This document shows positions 1 through 7,228 of a DNA stretch of 16,881 nt, piece after piece. The position numbers and the translations under genes were made by a program. Every line of letters starts with the position of its first letter. Position 1 is the stretch's first letter. Under the pieces are notes generated by a model. That model was not told the DNA's origin, searched no databases, and saw nothing but the letters and a program-made list of their open reading frames with translations. This DNA comes from a bacterium (GTDB taxonomy: Bacteria; RBG-13-61-14; DATKZS01), in NCBI GenBank assembly GCA_046484135.1, contig JAWOBU010000197.1:1-16881 (forward strand). Reading direction: 5' to 3'.

Positions 1-212
1 CTTTTTTCCCGGGCAGACTGCTGGTGTTCCGCCACGTCGTACACTGCGAGCGCCATTCGCCGCGGTGTTCCGTAGGTATTTAGTTCGCCGTGCTTGATGC
101 GGTTTTTTTCCAGCTCCGCCTGTGCCTTTTCCCGGAGCTGTTTCAGGGCGGGTTCCAGGAAGCGGGCTGGTATCTCCTCGCAGCCTATCTCGAAGAGCAG
201 CTCAACCGGCAT
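1..212 (-). CDS. glyS: Glycine--tRNA ligase beta subunit, N-terminal part (runs off the left edge of the window)
   Basis: Not in the ORF track. Manual translation from the ATG at 212 gives [26 protein letters not shown]...[16 protein letters not shown], with the GlyS signatures LLxEIGxEExP and GTPRRxA. It overlaps the end of glyQ by 11 nt, in the usual glyQ-glyS order. Confidence 0.95.
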   Translation of the reverse strand, partial: MPVELLFEIGCEEIPARFLEPALKQLREKAQAELEKNRIKHGELNTYGTPRRMALAVYDVAEHQQSAREK

Positions 213-1167
213 TGGCCGCCTCCCCGGCGTTCTCCTTTTCCGCCTCTTCCCGGCCGTACATTTTCCGGTAAATTTCAATCCAGCGGGCCCTTTCCTTGTC
301 GTCCTTTATGAGAGGGAATCCTAGCTCGTATCTCTGCTTGTCCCATACGCGGGCGCATTTATTGGCCAGGTTCCGGACGCGGAGAATGCGGTTTACCCTC
401 TCGGTTACGCTGATGGCGCTGCGGGCGTCGAGCAGGTTGAAAAGATGGGAGCATTTGAGGCAGGCGTCATAAGCGGGCAGTGCCATTTCCAGGTTTGCGA
501 GCCTTTCGCTCTCTTTCTCCCAGTCCTCGAAGTGGCGCAGGAGCATGTTTACGTCGGCGTGTTCGAAGTTGTAACGGCTCCATTCCACTTCTTCGGCGTG
601 GTGGATGTTTCCATAGGTGTAGTCGGAGTTGTAGGCTGTTTCATAAACGTTGTCTATGTTCTGCAGGTACATGGCGATACGTTCGAGCCCGTAGGTAAGC
701 TCGACCGGCACGGGCTTCAGGTCGAGTCCGCCGCACTGCTGGAAGTAGGTGAACTGGGTTATTTCCATGCCGTCGAGCCAGACTTCCCATCCCAGCCCCC
801 ATGCACCCAGGGTGGGCGATTCCCAGTCGTCTTCCACGAACCGGATGTCGTGTTCGAGCGGGTCAATGCCCAGGGCCCGCAGACTTTGCAGGTACTCTTC
901 CTGCACGTTATGGGGGGACGGCTTCAAAAGCACCTGGAACTGGTAGTAATGTTGAAGGCGGTTGGGGTTTTCCCCGTAGCGGCCGTCGGTGGGCCTGCGG
1001 GAAGGCTCGGGGTAGGCCGCGTTCCACGGCTCGGGGCCGATGGAGCGCAGGAAGGTGCCGGGGTTAAAGGTTCCCGCTCCTACTTCCAGGTCATAGGGCT
1101 GAATTAAAAGGCAGCCGCGCTCCTTCCAGAAGTTTTGCAGGGCCAGTATAATCTCTTGAAATTCCAT
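202..1167 (-). CDS. glyQ: Glycine--tRNA ligase alpha subunit
   Basis: Signature motifs [67 protein letters not shown] and [13 protein letters not shown]. The start is placed at ATG 1167 (MEFQEIIL) rather than the track's 1182, to match the usual GlyQ N-terminus. Confidence 0.98.
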   Translation of the reverse strand: MEFQEIILALQNFWKERGCLLIQPYDLEVGAGTFNPGTFLRSIGPEPWNAAYPEPSRRPTDGRYGENPNRLQHYYQFQVLLKPSPHNVQEEYLQSLRALGIDPLEHDIRFVEDDWESPTLGAWGLGWEVWLDGMEITQFTYFQQCGGLDLKPVPVELTYGLERIAMYLQNIDNVYETAYNSDYTYGNIHHAEEVEWSRYNFEHADVNMLLRHFEDWEKESERLANLEMALPAYDACLKCSHLFNLLDARSAISVTERVNRILRVRNLANKCARVWDKQRYELGFPLIKDDKERARWIEIYRKMYGREEAEKENAGEAANAG

Positions 1168-1218
1168 GAGTTTGGTTCGCAACTCGTAAAAAAGCAGCCA
1201 ATGCTTTTAAAGAAATTA

Positions 1219-1247
1219 TGTTTAACATTCATTTGCGGGCTTGTCAA
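1219..1247 (-). promoter_or_regulatory. Putative sigma70 promoter of glyQS
   Basis: On the minus strand, a perfect TTGACA (1247-1242), a 17-nt spacer ending in TGt, then TAAACA (1224-1219), in an AT-rich intergenic region about 50 nt upstream of glyQ. The -10 match is imperfect. Confidence 0.45.
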
Positions 1248-1398
1248 ATATTTGCAGATAAAAAAGCCGGGCATAAATGGCGGTTTTGGAGAAAAAAGCG
1301 CTGATTTTTAATGAGTGTTCTGCTCTTAATTCGATTCAGGTGTAATCTCAAGAACTTAGCCTTTATGCGGCGAAGGGGGTGAAGCGGCGAGAGGAGGT

Positions 1399-4302
1399 TT
1401 AGTTGTCCAGGACCATGGAGGCATCCATGCCCGGTCTTGGTTTGTTGTCGTCGCGGTCGTCTTTATCATAGTTCTCCGGGAAGTCCACCGACGGTGGGCT
1501 TTCTTTTTCGGGCGCTGTTCCTTTCAAAAAGGGGTATGTTTTCCACCTTTCGGTATACTCGGATTTTCGGAGTCCGGTATCCAGGTCTATTTTCACCCAT
1601 TCGATACCGGGGGGCACGGAGAAATCCACCACCTTTCTGTTTTTGAGGACCTCTTTCATGTAGTTCATCCAGATGGGAAGAGCGGCCTTCGCCCCGCTCA
1701 TCCCCTTTCCGAGGGAGTACTCGTACTTGTCGGCCCCGACCCACACTCCGGCCAAGAGCTCGGGGGAGTAGCCCAGAAACAGTGCGTCCCGGTAGTTGTT
1801 GGTGGTGCCGGTTTTTCCGGCGAGCTTATGTTTCAGCCGGTTGGCGGAAGTTGCGGTTCCTTCCCTTACCACGTTCCGGAGTAGGTAAGTGGTAAGATAG
1901 GCTGTTTGTGGGGTTATGACCTGTTTTCCCGCGGCAGGGGTGTTTGCCGGCGCGAGCCAGCGGTGATCCTCGGATTTTATTTTTTCAAGATATTCTTTCC
2001 ATCCCGGCTCTCCGAGCTGACCGGGGGGCACGGGCTTACTCAGGAGGTAATGAGTGGGACGAGAATGGGAAGTGGTTGCCGACCCGGCGGTGAGGTTTTC
2101 TTCGGTAAAACCTTTTTCGGGGTTCTTGGTATTCATTTGGGCAGATGTGCTTTGCTTGTATTCTTCGGGTCTTTTTTCATACTCGAGGAGGTTTCCGTCC
2201 CTGTCGTAGACCCTTGTTATGTAGACGGGTCGGACTTTTTTTCCGCCGGAAGCAAAGACGTTATAGGCGGTGGACAGCTCTTCCAGTGTAACCTCAGAGC
2301 ACCCGAGAGGCAGGCAGGGCAGTTTATCGAGCCGGCTCTGGATTCCGAGCTTATGGGCCCTCTCGATGACGTTGGATATGCATATGTCCCAGCAGATGCG
2401 TACGGCGATGGTGTTGATGGACAGCGCCAGCGCCCTCTGGAAGGTGTGTGGTCCGGTAAAACGTTGGTTATAGTTCTTGGGCCGGTAGGGTTCGTTAATG
2501 ACCACGTCGCACGATGAGCTTCCCTTGTCGAAGACCATGGGGGTATCAATAAGCATGGTGGCCATGGTGTACTTGGGCTCTCCGTTAGGTTTTCTGGTGT
2601 CCAGGGCGGTGGAGTAGACCACTGGTTTAAAGGCGGAGCCAGGCTGTCTCTTGGCCTGGATGGGCCTTATGAACTCGCTTTTTTCAAAGTCGAGCCCTCC
2701 GCATAGCGCCTTGACGTGCCCGGTACGGCTGGACATGGAGAAGACGCCTCCCTGGATGACCGGCTCCTGTCGAAGGGAGGCCCGGTAATAGGGGTCGCCG
2801 TCCGAGTCCTTTTTCTTTTCCATGATCTTGACCTTGATCTGGTCGCCCGGTGATAGAATCTGAGAAGGGTCCTCCAGTTCTTCAGGCTCCCTGCCTTCGC
2901 GGTATGGTCCTGCCCATTTCATGTCTTTGCCGTTGATCCTGGCGCGGGAGTGGCCGATCAGGACCCATACTTCGTCCTTGGCATCGTCCACCTTGGCCAC
3001 TATCGCGGCGTACTGGTTTCCGATCTCCAGCGGCATCGGGTCCGGAACCATGACGATGTCACCGAAGGGCGCCGGCGCTACGATTGCGCCCGCTCCTTCC
3101 AGGTCTTGTGGGTTTATCTCTTCCTGGTAGAAGGACGGCCGTCCTTTGCCCTGGGCCAGGTACTCGCGGGTAAGGTCCCGTTTCCATTTTTTTGCCAGCT
3201 TTTGTTCCTGCTCTTTCTGGGTCTTCTGCACTTGCTCGGGGGAGAGGTTCGGGATTTCCTCTGTTCGGAAGCCGATGTTGTTGTCCAGGCCGCCGGGCCC
3301 CAGTATCCCGGACCGGAGCGCTTTAGACGCGGCCCGGTCAGCTTCCAGGTTCACGGTGGTAAATACCTTGAGTCCTCCTTTATACACCTTGTCCCAGCCA
3401 TAGCGCTCGCCCAGGGTCTTGCGCACGTGCTCGACAAAGTAGGGAGCGGCTTCCCCCCGGGGCCCTTTTTCAGCGTACACCTTTATTTTCTCTTCATGTG
3501 CCTTCTCGATTTTTTCTTTCAGCTCTTTGACCTGTTTTTTCCCGCTCACGAGGTTCCCGTCTTCGATGGCTTCCTGCATGGCTTTCAACACCAGCTTCTG
3601 CTTGAGCTTGGCCAGGTCGAAGTTGGCCACCGGGTTGTAGCGGTTGGGAGCCGGCAGAACTCCCGCCAGCATGGCCCCTTCCGCCATGGTGAGTTCCTTG
3701 ACCGGTTTGTCAAAGAAGTAACGGGCGGCCGACCCGATGCCGTGATAGCCTTTGCCTAAATGGACCTGGTTAAGGTACAGGTAGAGTATCTCGTCTTTTT
3801 TCAGGGACCGCTCGATCCGGAGCGCGAGAATGGCTTCCTTGAGCTTCCTTTGAAAGCTTTTCTCCTGGGTGAGAAAGAAGGTCCGGGCCACCTGCATGCT
3901 GATGGTGCTGGCCCCCTCGGAAAGCCTTCCCCGCTGGACGTTCCTGACAAAGGCCCGAAGGATGCCCTTGAAATCCACCCCTTCGTGCTGGTAGAACCTT
4001 TTGTCCTCGGCGGCAACGAAAGCGTATTTCACGTATTCCGGGATGTCCTCTTCCGCCACCAGCCTTCTCTTCTGTTTGGCGAACTCCGCGATCAAGGTCC
4101 CGTCGTCGGCGTAAACCTTGCTTATTACCGGCGGGCGGTAGCTTCGGAGGGAATGAAGTGGCGGCAGGTCCCTGGCCAGGTAGAAGTAACCGGCCACTGC
4201 TCCCGCTACCCCGAGCAGGAACATTATGAAGGCGATGCGCAGAATCCAGGTAAAAAGGTTCAGGAAGCTTTTTTTAGCGGGCTTTGAGGATTTATTACTC
4301 AT
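1399..4302 (-). CDS. mrcA: Class A penicillin-binding protein 1A (bifunctional transglycosylase/transpeptidase)
   Basis: N-terminal membrane anchor; GT51 motifs EDKRFYQHEGVD, GASTISMQVAR, RKLKE and KDEILYLYLN; an OB-like insert domain; transpeptidase motifs SxxK (RQPGSAFKP), SxN (LSINT) and KTG (GKTGTTN). Confidence 0.95.
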   Translation of the reverse strand: MSNKSSKPAKKSFLNLFTWILRIAFIMFLLGVAGAVAGYFYLARDLPPLHSLRSYRPPVISKVYADDGTLIAEFAKQKRRLVAEEDIPEYVKYAFVAAEDKRFYQHEGVDFKGILRAFVRNVQRGRLSEGASTISMQVARTFFLTQEKSFQRKLKEAILALRIERSLKKDEILYLYLNQVHLGKGYHGIGSAARYFFDKPVKELTMAEGAMLAGVLPAPNRYNPVANFDLAKLKQKLVLKAMQEAIEDGNLVSGKKQVKELKEKIEKAHEEKIKVYAEKGPRGEAAPYFVEHVRKTLGERYGWDKVYKGGLKVFTTVNLEADRAASKALRSGILGPGGLDNNIGFRTEEIPNLSPEQVQKTQKEQEQKLAKKWKRDLTREYLAQGKGRPSFYQEEINPQDLEGAGAIVAPAPFGDIVMVPDPMPLEIGNQYAAIVAKVDDAKDEVWVLIGHSRARINGKDMKWAGPYREGREPEELEDPSQILSPGDQIKVKIMEKKKDSDGDPYYRASLRQEPVIQGGVFSMSSRTGHVKALCGGLDFEKSEFIRPIQAKRQPGSAFKPVVYSTALDTRKPNGEPKYTMATMLIDTPMVFDKGSSSCDVVINEPYRPKNYNQRFTGPHTFQRALALSINTIAVRICWDICISNVIERAHKLGIQSRLDKLPCLPLGCSEVTLEELSTAYNVFASGGKKVRPVYITRVYDRDGNLLEYEKRPEEYKQSTSAQMNTKNPEKGFTEENLTAGSATTSHSRPTHYLLSKPVPPGQLGEPGWKEYLEKIKSEDHRWLAPANTPAAGKQVITPQTAYLTTYLLRNVVREGTATSANRLKHKLAGKTGTTNNYRDALFLGYSPELLAGVWVGADKYEYSLGKGMSGAKAALPIWMNYMKEVLKNRKVVDFSVPPGIEWVKIDLDTGLRKSEYTERWKTYPFLKGTAPEKESPPSVDFPENYDKDDRDDNKPRPGMDASMVLDN

Positions 4303-4310
4303 ACACCGCT

Positions 4311-4339
4311 ATTATAATTTAATGTGGTGGCCGGTTCAA
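4311..4339 (-). promoter_or_regulatory. Putative sigma70 promoter of the PBP1A gene
   Basis: On the minus strand, TTGAAC (4339-4334), a 17-nt spacer and a perfect TATAAT (4316-4311), only 8 nt before the ATG at 4302. Confidence 0.6.
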
Positions 4340-4368
4340 TCCGGTTTCAATGTTTACAACGTTATTGC

Positions 4369-4398
4369 TTGACATATCGAGTTAATTCCTGTTAAATT
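4369..4398 (+). promoter_or_regulatory. Putative sigma70 promoter of gpgS and possibly the two downstream genes
   Basis: TTGACA (4369-4374), an 18-nt spacer, and an extended -10 TGt-TAAATT (4393-4398), about 60 nt upstream of the gpgS ATG. Confidence 0.55.
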
Positions 4399-4456
4399 CA
4401 TGTTGTTGTCGGGAGAGGTAATTAAACCATAATTGATCATGTTTACGGGGTAACCA

Positions 4457-5449
4457 ATGTCCACGGACTGGCTTTCCAGGAACAGCCTGCACCACACCCA
4501 GTTTTCCGATATTGATGATTTGCTCGGCCGCAAGCGGGAGCAGGGCCTTACGATCAGCGTAGCGTTTCCCGCTTTTAACGAGGAGGCGACCATCGGCTCC
4601 GCCATACGTGTCATCCGGGAGGAGCTGGTGGAGCGCTATCCTCTGGTGGACGAGATAGCCGTGATAGACGGCGGGTCTTTCGACGGGACCATTTCCGAGG
4701 CCCGGTCGGCGGGAGCGGAGGTTTTTTCCAGCGCGGATTGTCTTGCCCGGCTGGGTCATTTCCCGGGCAAGGGCGACAACCTTTGGAAGAGCCTTTTCCT
4801 TCTTTCGGGGGACATCCTGGTATGGCTTGACGCTGACATCAAGAACATGCACCCGAAGTTCGTGTACGGGCTGGTGGGCCCGCTTTTGCACCACCCGGAG
4901 ATCCAGTTCGCCAAGGCGTATTACGAAAGGCCCCTGCACCGGCCGGAGGAGACCGACGATTACGGGGGCGGCAGGGTCACGGAGATACTGGTGCGGCCGC
5001 TTTTCTCGGCCTTCTTTCCGGAGCTGGCCCAGTTTTACCAGCCCTGCTCCGGCGAGTGCGCGGGCCGTCGGGAGATACTGGAGTCGCTGCCCTTTTGCGC
5101 GGGATACGGCATAGAGACCGGGATGCTGATAGATATCCACCACAAGTACGGCTACGACGTGATCGCCCAGGTCAACCTGGACAAACGCATCCATCGCAAT
5201 CAGCCCACTACCGCCCTCGGCAAGATGGGCTTCGAGATATTACATACCTTTATGTCGCGGCTCAAGAAGATGGACAAGGCCAGCTTCGAGGACTCCCTTT
5301 TCGAAGCCTACAAGCAGTTGGTGTGTTCCCCCTCGGTGTACAGCCTGGAGGACGTTCCCGTCCAGTTAAGAGAACGCCCTCCCATGAGCACCGTACCCGA
5401 GTACCGGCAAAGACGGGGGATAGACCGACAAGCGGAGCTCGAGCCATAA
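4457..5449 (+). CDS. gpgS: Glucosyl-3-phosphoglycerate synthase-like glycosyltransferase (GT-A fold, GT81-type)
   Basis: ISVAFPAFNEEATIG, VIDGGSFDGT, GKGDNLWKSL, a DxD motif (WLDAD), GGGRVTEILVRP, QPxSGExAGRR, GYGIETGMLID and RIHRNQ all match the GpgS/MpgS family pattern. Sugar specificity cannot be read from the sequence. Confidence 0.85.
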   Translation: MSTDWLSRNSLHHTQFSDIDDLLGRKREQGLTISVAFPAFNEEATIGSAIRVIREELVERYPLVDEIAVIDGGSFDGTISEARSAGAEVFSSADCLARLGHFPGKGDNLWKSLFLLSGDILVWLDADIKNMHPKFVYGLVGPLLHHPEIQFAKAYYERPLHRPEETDDYGGGRVTEILVRPLFSAFFPELAQFYQPCSGECAGRREILESLPFCAGYGIETGMLIDIHHKYGYDVIAQVNLDKRIHRNQPTTALGKMGFEILHTFMSRLKKMDKASFEDSLFEAYKQLVCSPSVYSLEDVPVQLRERPPMSTVPEYRQRRGIDRQAELEP

Positions 5450-5522
5450 CCGAAAGCTGCACCAAGAGCACCGTAATAAAAGAGACCGGCAGTTCGGCGC
5501 CGGCCATTTTCAGGGAGAGAGA

Positions 5523-6152
5523 GTGATGAGTTCGTCCCAGAACGTACAGGAGCTCCTGGAGAAGGGTTTATATCATTACGGCCTGGGCGAGGTAGACAAG
5601 GCCCTTTCCTTTTGGCGAGAGGTTCTTGCACTCGACCCCGACAACGAGACGGCGCAGGAGTACATCGAGATCGAGACCGGCCGGGAGCAGGAGCCTTCAC
5701 CCTCGCCCTCGCCGGCGCCGGAGCCTTGGTCCGAAGTTGCTGAAAGTTCTGAGGGTCCTTCTATATCGGTTCCGGATTCCTTCCTGGAGGGGCAGCGCCA
5801 CCTGCAGAGCTATGAGTGGGAGAAGGCGATGAACGACTTTCTGGAGGCCCACAAAAGCCGTCCTTCCCAGCTTTACTACTGGACCCACGTGCCGCTTGCC
5901 CGGGCCGGCCTGATAAAGGACGTTATGGCCAGGCTGGGGGGAGACAACAAGTACCTGAAGCTTAAAGAGTCCCTTACCGAGTTGAGCCGTCGCAAGCGGT
6001 TCAACCAGGAAGAGGGGTTCGTGCTATCGCTCATCTCGGGCGAGATGACGCTGGAGGACATCGTATCTTTAAGCCCCATTCCCCGTTTTCAGACCTTCCA
6101 TATCCTGTATCGGCTCCTGGAGGAGGGCCTGATCGCGGTCTCCGAAGGTTGA
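5523..6152 (+). CDS. Hypothetical protein: N-terminal TPR, Pro/Ser linker, second TPR-like helix pair, and a C-terminal winged-helix-like domain resembling those of DUF4388-associated proteins
   Basis: GLYHYGLGEVDKALSFWREVLALDPDNETAQEY is a typical TPR. The linker is PSPSPSPAPEP. The C-terminus is EEGFVLSLISGEMTLEDIVSLSPIPRFQTFHILYRLLEEGLI. A purine-rich RBS (GGGAGAG) lies upstream. The start could be GTG 5523 or ATG 5526. Confidence 0.8.
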   Translation: MMSSSQNVQELLEKGLYHYGLGEVDKALSFWREVLALDPDNETAQEYIEIETGREQEPSPSPSPAPEPWSEVAESSEGPSISVPDSFLEGQRHLQSYEWEKAMNDFLEAHKSRPSQLYYWTHVPLARAGLIKDVMARLGGDNKYLKLKESLTELSRRKRFNQEEGFVLSLISGEMTLEDIVSLSPIPRFQTFHILYRLLEEGLIAVSEG

Positions 6153-6157
6153 GGGCC

Positions 6158-7219
6158 ATGAGCACTTTAGGGGACAACTTTACATTTGAGGAACACACTC
6201 TTCTTTATTACCTTGAAGACCCGGCGTTGGTGTTGAGCCGGGGCGGCAAGATCGCTTATGCCAATCCCGCCTTTCGAAATCGGTTTAACCTCGAGCTTTC
6301 GGAAATTTTAAAGAGACCCTTGCAGGAGATACTTCCTTCCTGGTTCCGGGAGCCGGTCCTGGACCATCTCGGCTGTTTAAGGGACAAGGAGACTTCGGGC
6401 CAGTTCCGGCTCGGGGACAACGCTTCCTGCTTCCAGGCGCGCATCCGGAGCATAAGCCGGAACGGCCGGGACATCGGGGCCCTCCTGGTTTTAAAAGAGG
6501 AAACCTGGAGCGAAGCCTCCTCCCGCGGCAACCTGGAGCTATTCCAGACCATGCTGGACGATCTTCTCTATCCACTTTCCGAGACCAGGTCTTACCTTTC
6601 CAGGGAAGGCCCCCTGGAGGAGTCCTTGAAAAAGAGCGCCTCCAACCAGCTTATTACTCTGGAAGAGGGGATCTCCCGGATGCGGAGCTTCGGGGAAATT
6701 TTCTTCGGCATGGTCCGGCCGGAGCGGAGCCCTTTTTATCCCGGCCGTATTCTCACCATGGCCCTCAAGTCCCTGCGGCCGGCAGCGGAGCAGAAGAAGA
6801 CCAGCTTGATGGACGGGTCCTCCCGGGAGCTACCCATGGTCCTGGGGGCCCCGGGCCTGTTGAGCCGGGTTTTAAGCCTGCTGGTGGATTACATGATTCA
6901 GGAGTTCAGAAAAGGCGAGCTGGTAGTGGTCTCCGCGGACCTTATAATGGACGAGAAGGGGGCCTCCTGGCTGGCTTACTCCATCAGCGGCACCGGTATA
7001 ATCCGGTCGGACCTGGCCCTTTCGGGTGGCGAGTCGGCGCTGTTGGAGAACTTTTCCGCCCTTCCGGAGGAGAGAAAGAGAATGCTTTTGCGGGTTCTCC
7101 TGGCCAATAAACTGGTCTCGGCCATGGGAGGGGCAACCACGGTGGCAGCTCATGAGAGCGTGGGCATGACCATCAACGCTTCCGTGCCTGCTGACATCTA
7201 CTACCAGCCGGGCGGCTGA
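6158..7219 (+). CDS. PAS-domain histidine-kinase homologue with degenerate H, N, G1 and G2 boxes (probable pseudokinase)
   Basis: PAS signature LEDPALVLSRGGKIAYANPAF...GALLVLKE, followed by a DHp-like helix (MLDDLLYPLSE) and HATPase-like spacing (ELPMVLGAPGLLSRVL...LVSAMGGATTV...GMTINASVP). The start is placed at ATG 6158 after GAGGG. The track uses TTG 6149. Confidence 0.75.
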   Translation: MSTLGDNFTFEEHTLLYYLEDPALVLSRGGKIAYANPAFRNRFNLELSEILKRPLQEILPSWFREPVLDHLGCLRDKETSGQFRLGDNASCFQARIRSISRNGRDIGALLVLKEETWSEASSRGNLELFQTMLDDLLYPLSETRSYLSREGPLEESLKKSASNQLITLEEGISRMRSFGEIFFGMVRPERSPFYPGRILTMALKSLRPAAEQKKTSLMDGSSRELPMVLGAPGLLSRVLSLLVDYMIQEFRKGELVVVSADLIMDEKGASWLAYSISGTGIIRSDLALSGGESALLENFSALPEERKRMLLRVLLANKLVSAMGGATTVAAHESVGMTINASVPADIYYQPGG

Positions 7220-7228
7220 GGGGCTTGT

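Noticed and set aside
445..1107. 220-aa plus-strand ORF opposite glyQ
   Set aside because: It is an antisense shadow of a conserved gene in GC-rich DNA and has no recognisable motifs.
1245..1254. Perfect palindrome CAAATATTTG next to the glyQ -35 box
   Set aside because: It is short, AT-rich and single-copy, as expected by chance in an AT-rich spacer.
1260..1288. Possible terminator after PBP1A (minus strand, ending in a T run)
   Set aside because: The stem is only about 3 GC pairs with a long loop, too weak to call.
1906..4287. Plus-strand ORFs of 175-269 aa opposite the PBP1A gene
   Set aside because: These are antisense shadows with no domain signatures.
5485..5510. CCGGC...GCCGG hairpin between gpgS and the TPR gene as an intrinsic terminator
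   Set aside because: The stem is 5 bp with an 8-nt loop and only a short, offset T run, so it is not convincing.
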